In this document: positions 51,401-64,000 of the stretch, in pieces
How positions within the stretch are numbered: position 1 is the first letter of the stretch
How the letters are laid out: the number at the start of each line of letters is the position of its first letter
Assembly: GCF_002113885.1 (NCBI RefSeq)
Contig: NW_018405598.1
Coordinates: 125,913-189,912, forward strand
Direction: 5' to 3'
Origin: Mizuhopecten yessoensis
Lineage: Eukaryota
DNA: 64,000 nt
The notes under the pieces: generated by a model
Databases searched by the model: none
Seen by the model: only the letters and a program-made list of their open reading frames with translations
Told to the model about the DNA's origin: nothing
Position numbers and translations under genes: made by a program

Positions 51401-52343
51401 TAGTATCAATAGTTGTGAATTTGTAACATAAAGGCTTTTAGACACGTTTTACGTAAGACATGGATTGTTCATTCTATTAACCTTTGGTACCACTGATGAA
51501 CCCTATATGGAGTAATGGTCGTATGCTGTAAATGCTTACTTAGTCTGGCTTTCTGTAATGAAGAACAAGATTTTGAAATACAGAAGTTGCATGTTTCCTT
51601 AATTAATATTTCGATTATTTTGTGGGAGTAAAACGACACATTATATACAAAAATCGTATGTTTCCGTTATGTTTTGCTTTTATGCCCATCAGATAAAAAA
51701 AATATTCTTATCCATGTACTAGTAATACAGTGCCGAAATATTAAATGTATAAGAAGAGCAAATACACCATACCTATTGAACAAAAATGACGAATTGTTCA
51801 CCGATCATTCAATAAAATGCTCCAGCAGTTACCCAACCTACCTTTTGTATCGTTTCAGGAGCCTTGCTTGGCGCGGGGATGATCGTGTGGATGGTTTACG
51901 TCCAGTCACAGGCCGCATTCAGCGCTGGCTACTCCATGGGGCTGACAATTCTAGGCGGGATCCTCGCTGTGTTTGCAGGACTTCTCTTCATTCCGGAAAC
52001 GGGCGAGGATTACGAATTCGACGACCGTGTAGTCAAAGCACGTGGTGCAACTCCGCAATATTCACGTCATCATTCGTCACGTCGCGTGAACGTGAGGTCT
52101 ATATCCCCATCTGACGATTCCTCGCGTGGATCGACGCCCGATTACCATTCCTCACGACAGACTAGGAAGACTTATGATTCCATGCCATCTCCCATGGACA
52201 CCCCTAAAACGTACGACTCCATGCCTGTCCCTATGTCACAGACTGTCTATGATGACGGAGTCTCCACAGGAAGGAACTTCCGGCCGCCGACATATAACGA
52301 CGTGTCAGGCGTTACGCTGCAGCGAGACCGTGTCGGCATATAA
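42500..52343 (+). CDS. Claudin/PMP22/EMP/MP20-family tetraspan membrane protein, paralog B, 3 exons, 278 aa
   Basis: Exons 42500-42704, 45920-46066, 51859-52343 (phases 1,1; 837 nt). TWM...VGLWISQTC...C signature; FRATQAVEI; GYSMGLTILGGILA; long Ser/Arg/Pro/Tyr tail ending RVGI; AATAAA at 52413. Confidence 0.88.
42670..43035 (+). repeat. Degenerate ~52-bp tandem repeat (7 units) made of the exon-1 3' end plus splice donor of paralog B
   Basis: The first unit overlaps the exon (ACCGACTCCGAAGTACCGTCCTCCTACAAAGATG|GTAAGTACACCTGTCTT). Six decayed copies follow. Confidence 0.8.
44850..45765. repeat. AT-rich composite minisatellite (core TGTTAATGTAGACAATAAGT) upstream of paralog B exon 2
   Basis: Alternating ~28-34-bp subunits with higher-order repetition. 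Confidence 0.9.
46050..50377 (+). repeat. 32-bp minisatellite, ~135 copies; the unit is the exon-2/intron-2 junction of paralog B
   Basis: Unit CGTCTGTTTCGTTATAG|GTGAGTACACTACCC. The first copy supplies the last 17 coding nt and the true donor at 46066/46067. Period 32 (46051, 46083...). Confidence 0.97.
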
Positions 52344-52784
52344 TACATAAAACACTTTACATCATTTACATCTTCATCATCATTGCCATATACATGTTAA
52401 CATTTGAAGGGAAATAAATATTAATAACTCAGTTGTTTTTTAAACTTTTGCTTCTCCTGTAGGTTAAATTAGTGTATCGAAGGACCAACGACATAAATAA
52501 GTTGACAATACTTGAAACTGCAAATCCTTGTCCCTAACTTCACTATATCGGTTATTTTGTCTGAATCTGAAAAAAAAGCAAATAACTTGTTTGACATCGC
52601 ATTGCTAGCAACCAAACCTACACCGTGTTATTCAAAATTAGATTAATCAGTTTGGTAGGAATAATAAATGTTAAGTTTGTTTTGAACACAAGCAGCACAA
52701 TGCAATTAAAGACTTATTTTTCGAGCTTTCACGAAATCAGCATTCATTATTAATATCGAACTGATGAACCGCTTTCCGAACGTG

Positions 52785-52907
52785 AGCCCGAGTTTCCTCT
52801 GGCCCTGAAACCAGCCTTAGACATTTTGACAGATAGATGTCTGGTCATCTATCTGTCAAAATGTCTATGTTCGGTCTCAGGGCTCAGGGCTAGAGGAAAC
52901 TCGGGCT
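52785..52907. mobile_element. Hairpin/foldback MITE (~125 bp)
   Basis: AGCCCGAGTTTCCTCT...TAGACATTTTGACAGATAGATG pairs with CATCTATCTGTCAAAATGTCTA...AGAGGAAACTCGGGCT. A partial second copy lies at ~56115-56202. Confidence 0.75.
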
Positions 52908-52929
52908 TTACGAAGGCTAGATTGAGATA

Positions 52930-53795
52930 TGTCCATGAAGGGTTACTTCCAGGCTCATTGCAAATGCACTGCCCTTAAACACACTTAGGGCTTGTAACAT
53001 CACAGACAGAGCTGAAAAGCAGATAATAAGAGAAGGAACAAGAGTCATTAACAACACCATTGAATGCTTAAAGACCAAACGTAACAGCATTATCAACAAA
53101 TTATCAACCATTTTAGACAAAGAAACAGCTGACCAGACCAGGGCCTACTGTATACAACACTGAATAGCAAAATGTAAAGAAAGACAGCGGGAAATGATTG
53201 ATAACATGCTGAAGAAACAAAAGAACGATGACTTACATCTGTCATTATGTCATCACTATTGTGGCTTATATATGACATTTCGTCTTTTCGCTTTTTCGCC
53301 CGCAGAAAGACACCAAGCGGCAAAACGAAATAAGGAAAGACGAAAAAGCGTCAAAGCTAAATAACGCGAAAAGGACTGAGAGAAGACGTCATATTATGTC
53401 TACGTTGTGGCGTTATTTTCACTTCGGTTTGGCGTTATATCGTTACTTCGCTTTGGCGGGTTTTCGTCTTTTCGTTATTTCGTTTTGTCGCTTGGCGTCT
53501 TTTCGCGAGCGAAAAAGCGAACAGACTATATGCCATATATAAGCCACCATATGTCACACCTAAGTACTCGCCGGTGGAAGAGTTTGTAGCTGCCACAGAG
53601 ATCGCAGTTTCAAAGCACCCCCAGGCAAAGCCAGACAGGATTGGAGGTGATTGGGGTCCTAAAACGAGCTAAACTACCAAATGACAATCTTGATAACGGA
53701 GAAAGAAAGGATATTTATGCATTAAGGAAAGAAGAGTCCATAATAATTCCACCGGCAGACAAGGGCAGAGCAACAGTCTTTATGAATAACGCATA
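52930..53795 (+). mobile_element. Penelope-like retroelement fragment (region just N-terminal to RT), interrupted by a MITE
   Basis: RAEKQIIREGTRVINNTIECLK (~53010), then after the insert VTPKYSPVEEFVAATE and KLPNDNLDNGERKDIYALRKEESIIIPPADKGRATVFMN. The DKG motif is typical of Penelope/GIY-YIG elements. Confidence 0.7.
53257..53551. mobile_element. ~295-bp MITE with ~100-bp imperfect TIRs inserted in the Penelope fragment
   Basis: TATTGTGGCTTATATATGACAT... pairs with ...ATGCCATATATAAGCCACCATA. Internal CGTCTTTTCG/CGAAAAGACG-like repeats. Near-TSD TGTCATCAC / TGTCACAC. Confidence 0.75.
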
Positions 53796-54699
53796 TTAGT
53801 GTTATACTAGTGTAGGCTGTTTAGTAGTAGTGTTAGTGTTGGTGTTACATTATAACGTTATTAATACAGCAGTCACGTTAGTGTTATTAATGACATACTC
53901 TAAAGTAAGCCTTAATTTTAATAATGTCGTATAAAAAAAATCGTCATCTTGATAATATTACTCCGATGTGCAGGTAAGAACTCGCTCTCAGCTTAATAGC
54001 GTGATCTTAGGTAAACCGTTAAATAAATAACCTCAATTAAAGCATTCCGTAAGCGTCATAGCGAATTAAGTTATCTCGTCAGGTTTATAACGTCGATAAA
54101 AAAAACACCGTCAATATGAGCCATAAGGTTAATAACGTCGATAAAAAAGCTCAATTCCGTGAGACTTCATCTGAATGACACAAATGGAAGATAAAGACAA
54201 AACTTTGTTGACAATAACGACGGATCGTGATGTCTTGGGGTGGCCCATTTTCAAGGCAACAAGGGTAAGATTTGTTGGAACTACTACTGAATAACCAAAA
54301 GGCCTAAGGTGATGACAATTTGTAAGTAGCATAATGGGATGGAGGGCAATTAAGTTTATTAAATGAATAATCTTGACTCGCTTTCAACATCACAATGGTT
54401 AAACGTGCGAAAACATTTTAACTACTTCTTATGAATAACAAATAGGCGTTAGGTGATGATATTGTTGCCTAGTTGTATTACGGAATATAAAGTTTGTTTA
54501 TGTTCTCAGAGGACACATTTGTTACAATCTTTAAAAGACTTCTTCTGAACTACCAAAGGCTTAGGTGATCATATATGGCCAGTACTTATACTTATCGCTT
54601 ACGATGTATTGTAAAATTCAAAGTCAGACTCGTTGACACTGTGTTGTCGACCGACAGCGTTTGTGTAGTGGTACTCATCCGCGATACTCCAGGCGCTAT

Positions 54700-54968
54700 G
54701 TTCACTTTCGCTCTCTGCACCCACTTGAATATGAGGTAAAAACCCGACAAATCGCTGGGTTGTTGCTTGTCCTTTGAAGATCACAAAGGAGCGACATCCA
54801 ACTTCAAAGCAAGACAATTTTACCGTTACGCAGCCGAGAGATTATTTTGACAGATAATTAAACTAGTCACCTCGTCTCATTCACAAGGTGACGGAAGACA
54901 AGGTGACGGACACTGTGTATTAAATTTTGCTATGGAATAGTCTAGGGGTGCAGAGAGCTAAAGTGAGC
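54700..54968. mobile_element. Probable MITE with ~22-bp TIRs
   Basis: TCACTTTCGCTCTCTGCACCC pairs with GGGTGCAGAGAGCTAAAGTGA. Confidence 0.5.
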
Positions 54969-55633
54969 GAAAACCCTGTAGTGTTATATTCTCACTGAAA
55001 GGCCCGGATATTGCACTATTTTGGTCGTAACTACGGCTATCCAAAAAGATAAAACTGACCACAATGGCTTCAGGTCATGTCATCGTTGAAATATATTTAA
55101 TGGATTTTAAGTTATCATTTGACTTAACATAAGTCCCGTAAAAATGTTAGATATCAAGAGTTCCACCCACTTGAATTTTTTATCTTAGCTTTGCAAAAAC
55201 AACATATATCAAAATGTAGGATAATAACTAAGACACATTTTAATAGCAAATCGTATATCTTTAATTAGGCTTTGTGCATGTGTTCAATCGAATGCGCCGA
55301 GTTGCCTTGAACGCTTCTATTGCAAAATTCTTTCAAAATTCAAAATCATTGACTGGTTTATCTCTTTCTTTTTCTGTGGAAGACGTTTCTGAATAAAAGG
55401 TCACCGTTGCTTTTTGATAAAACAATAAAAGACAAAAATGTGACAAATCAGATACAGGTAATATAAGAGAGGGGTGAAATTTCAGTCGACACCGCCTCTA
55501 CCTTCGATACTATTTGGCATGAAGAAAATATCCGATGTGTTCCGAGGTTAGAAAATTTGCACTTTGGCCAACGACGAACATGTTTACAAGCTGACAAGCA
55601 CAATCTAAATTGATTTAACAGAAAAGTAACAAC

Positions 55634-58600
55634 ATGTCGACAAGTCTAGACCTTGCAACACAGATCATCAAGTTTGGAGGTCAGGCAAGTGGCAGGGACA
55701 AGTTATTCAGGTAATGTTTTTGGCATTCTGAGCATAAAACATGATCTACTACCATGGTCTGCTACCCGGTATGTCTGTTTGACAGTTGTCACATGTAGAC
55801 CGACAGTTACCACATCTTGATCTTGATCTTGATCTTTATAGGTATAGGGTGACACATCCAAGGAAATTATTACACCGCGCGTGCGTCAAGGACTTTACTT
55901 AAGTGGGACCCCCCTTACGATATCACTGAAAGTTTTAGCTGGTTCTTTAGCTGTTTTGATTTTGTTGAAAATATCCGGTGGTAGTAAGTTCCAATCTTTA
56001 ATTGTGTTGGACATTGACGCAGGTACACATGTATACCTTACATATATACCGCGCATATACAAACTATAACACAGTTTGGTGACACGAAAGCGACCAAACT
56101 TAATCTGCTGCACCTGGCCCAGACACCAGACTTGACATTTTGACAGATACAGCTAGTAACCCTAGATGTCTGCATGGTGTGGGCCAGAGAAAACTCGGGC
56201 TACTGCACCCATTGCAATAATTGGGATCTTTATCTTTCTTTCTACTCCTAACTACCTTTTATTTCCTAGCGTTTTGCTTGGCAACACCTCACTTTTGGCC
56301 TTAATGTTTAGCGTTCTCCCAGGTGAGGAAGGCAATGGGTCCTGTCCCCAGGCCTGGACATACCAAATTCTTTAAAAATGGTAGTTGTTATTCCCTGCTA
56401 AATGTTAGCATTAAGGGTAATGGCAACAACTGGTTTACCCGTTGTTGGTATAATGTGACCTGGCAGAATCCTGTGCTATGTGCGTTTGGCTTGGTATTTC
56501 AGTGAGATAGCACTATAAAGTCGGCATCAGATCCGAGCTATAACAAGGAGGCAAACACACCAAAATACCCTGTCGCCTTCATACACAAGCACGCATACAC
56601 TACACACATGGATGCACGTCCTTAAATGACGTTAGCTGTTAATAGGACGTTAAACATAATTAAACCAAACCAATCTGAAATTGGTCTTTTGAGCTATTTT
56701 CAGGAAATTTTCTTTTTAAAAGAAAATCTCACAAAGTCGCATTGAAAAGAAGATTGTATCATTATTTTATAAAAAAAAAATGATAGCTGTAAAACTTTAG
56801 CTCAACACTGCTATAAATTATATGTCCTCTTCCCTCTTTCAATGTCGCCTTCTACTCCAAATACACTGGAGACCCTAAACCACTTTCCATGGGCATTTTT
56901 TGTTTGGTGCCAAAAACAACAGAAGTCAATATATGCTTCAATGCTTCTGCTAGGCATCAAACCAGGCACCGACTAGACTGAGGCAATATTCTCCCTAGCC
57001 GAGTCAGAAAAACCACAAAGCCTGGAATACTTCAAAATCACAGGAATCAAATGCTACGTATAATCCTGTATTTATTAAATTAATAGTCACGTTTCACAGT
57101 TTGATAATATGGTGTGTCCATACAATTTAAGGATTGATAGATGGCTTTTCTCAGCCATTCTCGTCAAATAGCAACATGTTTAAAATCTTACAAATGACCT
57201 CCCCAAAGAATTACAATGCCCAGAGTAAGGAAATAAGAATTGCCAGACATTATTATGTGTCTCCACTTACGTAGCCTACTTTGGATTCTATCAATATATA
57301 ATATTATTGTTTATAATCAATCATTGGTTACTAAGGAAAACCAATAATAAGTTTAAATGTATTGAAATCAATTTCTATTACATGTACTACTTATACTTTG
57401 GGCAAACTGCTAAAGGATATTTACTTAAACTTGTGTGTATACCTTCAATGATGAAATCTGCTAGTTCTTGTGTACATTTTGGAGTGCTTGGTTGTTATAG
57501 TAATGTCATAATTTTACAATGAAGCTGCCAGCCAGTGCTGTGTTAAGCACACAATGCAACAGCTTTTAATTTCTTTTTAAACAATTCAGTTAACCTAGAT
57601 ATGTCAGTTTCATGATGTATCGAACATGTACACAGAAATTAAATTCCTAGCATACACGATGGCTTTTGCTGTATCACAACTGACATTACTGATAACATGG
57701 CTGATTTCAAATGTTCAAAAATATGTAAAAATGAAGACCATCCCGTTTATTGACCCTTTGGTTAGATAATATGACATGCAGGGCTAACTTACCCTACCCG
57801 GTCTGACCTGATAACAGCCTAGATAAATAGGTATGATCACATTTTCTTTAGGAGAGAAAGGCACTATTATCTAGATCTATCATCTAGTTAGATAACATTT
57901 AGATGTAGCCTAGGTTCAAATAGCTCGAACACAGGAGATCCAGTTTAACCGTGAATGAGAAGAGTTAAAATGAATCTTCAGTGTAGTAAGTTTCAGAAGC
58001 AAGTTATGAAATTATGTTAGGATGAGTCATAGTAAGGTCAAACACGTACACATTGACAGGTCAAAAAATGGGACTCACTTGTGGGCATATAGGACTGATA
58101 TAATATCCCAGATTAATTTATAGGGTAGGAGTAGTACATGGTTACTGACCTCACTACAATACTGTGTGTAAAGGACAGCATTGCTATACAGACGGTTTTA
58201 AAAACAAGTAAAAAAACACTCAAAGGCAACTTGTCTCACATGTAATATTTTCCAATATATACTTGGAGCAGAAAAATGCTCTAAACTGTTTATTAAACAA
58301 ATAAGGACATGTAATCTACCACTGGCATTACCAGAGGGAACTAAAGATTTGCACTTTGCCCTTTAGCCTGTGCATGATATATTGTCTGGGACATACCTCA
58401 CTAACTCTAGATCTCTCACCTATAATTGCCTCTACCAATGGCAGAGTGTTGCATACTAAAAACAGATTTCATGTATCACTATTTTCAAAGTTATGGCCTT
58501 TTCTAGTCCCCAACCGGTTCCCAAGGGGGACTATAGGTTTGCACTCCGTCTTTCTGTCCTTCTGTCCCAAGAGGTTTTTTTGGGACATATCTTCTATACT

Positions 58601-61150
58601 ATTTCACCTGGAGTAACTAGATTTGGTGTACAAGGGCATCTTGGGATGGCGGAGTGCACAGAGTTCAAGAATGAGGTCACTGTGACCTATGAATTGACCC
58701 TTACTTTTGAAAGTGTTTGTTTGGGCATATCTTCTATACTATTTCACCTGACATAACCGGATTGGTGCAAGAAGTAGGTCACTATGACCTCACAGTGACC
58801 TATGCTTACTTTTCCTTGTTTCACTGTGCATCACTTTGTTTGGGGCAAGTCATATACAATGTGAGTACCTCTTGGGATGTTAGAGTGTCACATACTGAGA
58901 CTGGATCTCATTCCCCACTAGTACTAAACACAGATATGGGCTGAGGTTCATTTTTGATACTGCAAACTTTGTCAAGAGGTAGAAGACTGAGGTGGAAGAC
59001 TGGATTGTTTGCAACACTCTTCCTTGATTCCATTAAGATTAATATTTATAGATTTTATTTAGACCAAATAAAAGAAATGTTAATTTCCTGTAACCCTTCA
59101 TACCCTTAACTTTTTTGGCAACTTTCAAGGAAGCATGTACAGTTAATGTCAAGATTACTCTCCTATATTAAGCTTATAAAAGTATTGAAAAGTTTATTTT
59201 TGTATGTACCTACCCTAATTTCTTCAGCCATGTAACAGGAAACAAACATGATTTTTTGATAGGCCTCACATACCATATACAGTTTAAATCTTACTATACA
59301 TCAACATCCTGTTGATAAAGACATCCTACTTTTTCTGGTACAGTGTAGCAAAGTTTGTAGCATTTGTTGGGCTATAGAGACTAAAATGTATATATCAGTT
59401 GTATCCATAATGTATAAACATGATACAGACAAGGGAGACTAGTAAGTGTATAAAAGAGGTTCCCCAATGTTTGTAGGTTGGTTATCAGGTTTTCCTCACT
59501 CGAGGTATTTCTAAACATTTTCTTCAGGTTGGTAAGTATGGATTATGAAAAGTTCTTTTTACACAACCAATAAGATTTTGTATGTGACACTGTCACCTTC
59601 ATCAGATAAATGACCAGTGAAGGTTTACGTGTCTTTTAAAATTTGAAAATTAACTTACACGAGTGAGATAAACCTAATAATCAACCATTACCAGCTAGGG
59701 GGACCTTTTTTCTCTCACAACATTCAGATATCATTTCTACAGCCATTGGAGACAGATTAGTATGAAAAATGTGGAGTGTAAAATTTGGGAGAATGTAACA
59801 TACATGTATCATAGAATTGTAAATTCTGATTCGACTTTGGTACATTTGATTTTGACAGACTCATCCAGTATGGCAGTAAATTGGTCGGGTGGCATCTTCA
59901 AAAGAATGCCAAAGGCCTGGAGCTTGTGGAGAAACTCAAGAAACTGGAGTCCTCCTTGAGTATGACCAGGAAATGTAAGAATTTCAAAGAATAAGACAAA
60001 CAAATATTATTCTTTCTGCAGATTTTAAGTTCTTTTTTGTCTTAGCTGCTGTAAAACTCTTCGACATGTTCCAGTTAGAGCCTGCTTACAGAGGCGTTTC
60101 TTTATGAATTCATTTAAAATCTAAGCTACCTGTGTATAAAGGCCAGTGAATGAAATACTGTCATAACATGTAAATTAAGGCTAGCCTATGACACCTTTAG
60201 TTTTCACACCTGTCGATAAAGACTACTCTGACATACTAATTTATTTTTCTGTAATTGGCAAAATTATGATTTTGTTTGTATATATACATACTATTCATGT
60301 TGGAAAAGAATATAAACTCTCATTGTAATAAATATGTAATTGCGTACTTAACTCTCCGGTAGGTTTGTCTCTTGGTTATAATGTATACAGGGACTACCCT
60401 TGTCTATTAGTACACTTATGTGTTTAGTATTAGTGTATTGACAGATGAGACTAGCACCTATGATAATGTCTCAGTATTTCTGTTAAAATCTGAATCATTT
60501 TTTACAAACCTTAATTCATTAGGAGGGAGGATGATGGTGAGTTCAGATATCTGTTATTGTAGTTGTATTATGGTATGTGTCCTATTGTAGTGCTGCGTAT
60601 GGGTAAGAGTCTTGACTTTATCATGGCTGCCCTGAAGAGCATCCACATCAAGGACACGGTACTGAGGCTGACGATCACAATGTCAAAGCTCAACCAAGCT
60701 TGTTTCCTACTCTTTGACCACATCATTTATGCTCACAATGTTGGACTCATCAGCACCGACAAGAAAAAATGGTCAAACATATCAGCCAGATTCTGGGTGT
60801 TCAGCTTGATTCTGAATCTGGCGAGAAACACGTACGACATCATGAACATTGTACAGGAGGAGATGAGACGACAACAACTGCCGAAGAAGCAGGATCAGCA
60901 AGTGAATGGGGATACTACCCACAGCAGGCGGAGCTCTAATTCACAAAACACAAACGTTGTCAGGAAAATTGTGATGCAGAATAAACCAGTAATGCTAGAT
61001 CTGGTTAAAAACTTGGCAGACTTGATTTTACCCCTGAACACTCTCGGAAAGGTGAATGCGTCTGCAGGCACTCAAGGGTTCCTGGGATTGATATCCTCAT
61101 CCATAGGAATAGCAACAGTCTGGGACTCTTCTCTCAAACTTGTTCCATAA
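55634..61150 (+). CDS. PEX11B: Peroxisomal membrane protein 11 (PEX11 alpha/beta type), 3 exons, 250 aa
   Basis: Exons 55634-55710, 59859-59974, 60591-61150 (phases 2,1; 753 nt). GRDKLFR|LIQYGSKL, KKLESSLSMTRKLLRMG, DLVKNLADL..PL, GFLGLISSSIG, C-terminus SLKLVP. It may be co-orthologous to vertebrate PEX11A and PEX11B. Confidence 0.92.
55814..56020 (-). mobile_element. 5'-truncated LINE (CR1/L2-like) 3' end in PEX11 intron 1
   Basis: Minus-strand NTIKDWNLLP motif (typical LINE ORF2 C-terminus), a short UTR and an (AAGATC)n tail at 55814-55836. Confidence 0.65.
56295..56673 (+). mobile_element. tRNA-derived SINE (Meta-domain-like) in PEX11 intron 1
   Basis: Decayed tRNA head, central TACCAAA..CTTTAAAAATGGTAGTTG..TTCCCTGCT block, and LINE-type tail CCTTAAATGACGTTAGCTGTTAATAGGACGTTAAAC...AAACCAAACC. 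Confidence 0.6.
58500..58930 (+). mobile_element. Helentron-like (HINE) element
   Basis: 5' TAGTCCCC...GGGGACTA inverted repeat, TCCG/TCTG microsatellite, and two ~150-bp core units containing TGACCT motifs. Confidence 0.5.
59058..59268. mobile_element. Degenerate MITE
   Basis: Imperfect inverted ends ATGTTAATTTCCTGTAAC / GTAACAGGAAACAAACAT. Confidence 0.4.
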
Positions 61151-61469
61151 TGACAGACTGACAACATTTAGGAAAATACATATAAAATATTCACAAATCA
61201 ATCAAGATACATGCAAATGTATTCTCAGACTGTCAAAGAAATTTGATATTTGTGTTTTTACAGTAGCACAAGAGTTATGAAATGCTCAAAAATCTATCAA
61301 GATATTTGGTACGGTAATTATATATAAAACAAGTTGCTAAGCCTATCTGCTTTGAGATTGGATAGGTAATGGGGTTGCACAAAAGTATAATATTCTGGTT
61401 TATTTTAGGCTGCATAAACCAATAGTTGGTAGCATTGATGGCATGATTAAAGAATATTTTATAAGTAGC

Positions 61470-61702
61470 AGTTTGTTGGACTGGTCAGGTGCCTTTCACC
61501 AAGACGGCCAGGGTTTGACTCCCAATTGGATGTAAAAAAACATGCGAGTCCCCGGCATGATCATCCAAGTTTCTCCAGGGTCTCTGGTTTCCTTCTGCAT
61601 TAAAAACACTTGCGCGCTTCTGTGCTTCCAACCGGGACAACAAGAGTGATTAATCTAACTTCAAATAACTTATTTCATATTGTTGTGAAATAGAAAAAGT
61701 TA
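61470..61702 (+). mobile_element. V-SINE-like element downstream of the PEX11 stop codon
   Basis: B-box-like GGGTTTGACTCCC, V-domain-like TTTCTCCAGGGTCTCTGGTTTCCTTC, and an A-rich tail. Confidence 0.5.
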
Positions 61703-64000
61703 CCGTTTTACATCTTCATCCAATCTAAAAAGTACCAGGTACAAGGTTATATTTTGGTTGAGCTTTGTAAAATGATTCAAACTCCAATTTATGCATCTCA
61801 CACAGTTCCTGTTTGGGATATGCATTCATTTTAGGATTAGGTATGCTATAATGACAATCAATTGTTGACATAATTTTTTTGTTTCAAATTTTACCATTTT
61901 TGACCCTACTTTTTCGTCAAAACTGACTGTTTTGGGTGCAATTCTTTTAAATGATTCTAACTCCTATAAGTATACACCCTACACTCTCTTGAGCATCCAA
62001 TTGAAATCTAGACTTCCTCTGGTACTGATTTAGATTTAGATTTAGAGGCTTTCATATTGATCTTACTTTATGTGCAAACTTTTTGAAACTAATATATTAA
62101 CAATTTGCTATGACTGATGCTAGTGAGCTTTGTAGTCGTTGATTGCACTTGTTTCTATTGTGTATTTTATCTTCAGTATTCCAAGCTTTGGATTTTTTTT
62201 AAATGATTTCTCAAATGTTTTGAAGCTTGAATTCTTTAAATACTTTTTTAATTTTTTTTTTTTAAATATTTCATAGAAAAAGGAATTGTAGAGAAAGAAT
62301 GTTTATTTGTCATTCTTATTTCTTTTATATTGTATGTAAGCCTTTGATTGAAATATTTTTAGTTCACATAAAATGATTTGTCAATTAACATATTGTTGTC
62401 AGCCTAACAGTAGGAAATTTAAGTATGAAATGATAAGTGCTGTTATGTGACATATAAAGGAAGACTGAGATATTGAAATTCGAGAGAGGATTGAGTATAA
62501 AACTGTGATAAAACATCTTCCATAATGTTTGATATGTTTATAATAATAAGTGCCTATCCAGTTTTATATATAGAAAGTAGTATATGTACAGTATGTTCCT
62601 ACAGTTTTAGATGTTGACCTTGTGATCAGTCTGCAGATGGACAGACACATGTCACATACCATTTTATAAGATTGTGTACAGATGTTTTTTTCTTTTTATA
62701 TTTCTAGTCCAGAGACTGTACTTTTCAGTTTCTTAAACTGTCATACTATTAGTTACATAAATTTGAATTAGTAGATTGTGTTCTGGTTTCTTTACTGAAT
62801 CAATGTTTGATATTTGATTTAGATAGTTGTAGCCATGCTTAAGTTCTCACATGTATTCCCTTCAAAGTACAAATTATATATGAAATTAGTGTGTATCTGT
62901 CTCTGTGTAAGTAAATACAGTTGTTGCACAGAAATATTGCCAAGAAATCAAATGTATAAAATGTAGTTTATATAGAACATATATACAGTGTTGTATATTA
63001 TTATGTAACACAATGATGTACTGAATATGATTAAATTGTTATTGATGATATTAGATCATGAAAAAAAGACATCTCATTTTCTTCACATTTCCCTTGTGAA
63101 TCGATCCTCTCTACATGAACATAATTATGTACAACAGTAGTTTTAACCCTGTGACAGATTATGTCTGTGATTTATGTTTTATTTTTATTATAACATTATA
63201 GTACAAAGTCTCTAGTGGTTCTTAGCTAAGCAGAAAATAGTTCAGTTTGTGGAGGTGACACATTCTACTAGTTAGAGGCCAATCGATTACACAAATGATT
63301 GTCATGCATGAAATTGATTCCTAGCTGGGAATGAAAACTGGTAAATCCTGTAGCCTTGTCACCAGAATAATACTGTAGTGAAATATTTACGAATATACTG
63401 TATTGTTACCTATCTACTATAACAGTTTTGTTGTAAATGTATATCCATATACCGGGTATTCCTATTAATTTTATGTTTGAAAATGATCTCATTGTTGTTG
63501 ATTAATTTATTACTGTTCCGATATTAATAGGATCTTTTTATTTAAATAGTATATATTGATTCCATTGAATTTTCTTTTTTAAAATAATTTATCAAGTTGA
63601 TATATTCACAGTCTTTTATGTATTTAATGCTTTCATTTATACATTAATATTTATCAAATCTTGTTCTTTCCATCACAATATTTACGAAGCAAGTTACTGA
63701 AGTATCATTCATGACATGTTCAGTGTATATTCGGCAAACAATTGTATATATTGTTTCAATGTATGCTGATACTACAGACATAATATACTTGTTGTCACCT
63801 TCAGATGTCCTGTGCTATATATCTAGGTTATACGTGATATATATACATGTATGTTTTCAGTGACACAACACAAATATGGGAAAAAGCTACTTCAGACATA
63901 CATGTATTCGATAAATCTGCTTATGTTATATACAGGATAAAGGCACCAGATCTAATGCATTAAATCAGTACTTTATATGTATTACAAGTTATTTTATAAC

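Noticed and set aside
51674-52350. Overlapping ORFs 51674-52114 and 52126-52350
   Set aside because: Alternative frames over exon 3 of claudin-like paralog B; no independent support.
61700-64000. Additional gene in the last 2.3 kb
   Set aside because: AT-rich with no ORF or convincing exon; probably PEX11 3' UTR or intergenic.

Overview
This is AT-rich, intron-rich animal DNA. The repeat families resemble those of bivalve molluscs (my inference, not proven). Most short ORFs in the track are noise. Assembling exons by hand from GT-AG sites and frame continuity gives six complete genes. (1) An intronless thiopurine S-methyltransferase-like ORF (7151-7846,+). (2) A 13-exon sorting nexin SNX1/2 orthologue (11212-27705,+; 546 aa). 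(3,4) Two paralogous 3-exon claudin/PMP22/EMP-family tetraspan genes pointing away from each other (30443-34027,- and 42500-52343,+). (5) Between them, a 5-exon secreted lipocalin with an RBP4/purpurin-like cysteine pattern and exon structure (36003-41270,+). (6) A 3-exon PEX11 gene (55634-61150,+). There is also a probable orphan terminal exon (1187-1287). Repeats include a decayed Gypsy pol, a Penelope fragment, a LINE 3' end, SINEs, Helentron-like elements, several MITEs, tRNA-containing mini-LTR (TRIM/Helenus-like) elements and many minisatellites. The most striking structure is a ~4.3-kb array of ~135 copies of a 32-bp unit that is the exon-2/intron-2 junction itself (...TATAG|GTGAGT...). 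Several other tandem repeats in the window also derive from exon boundaries.
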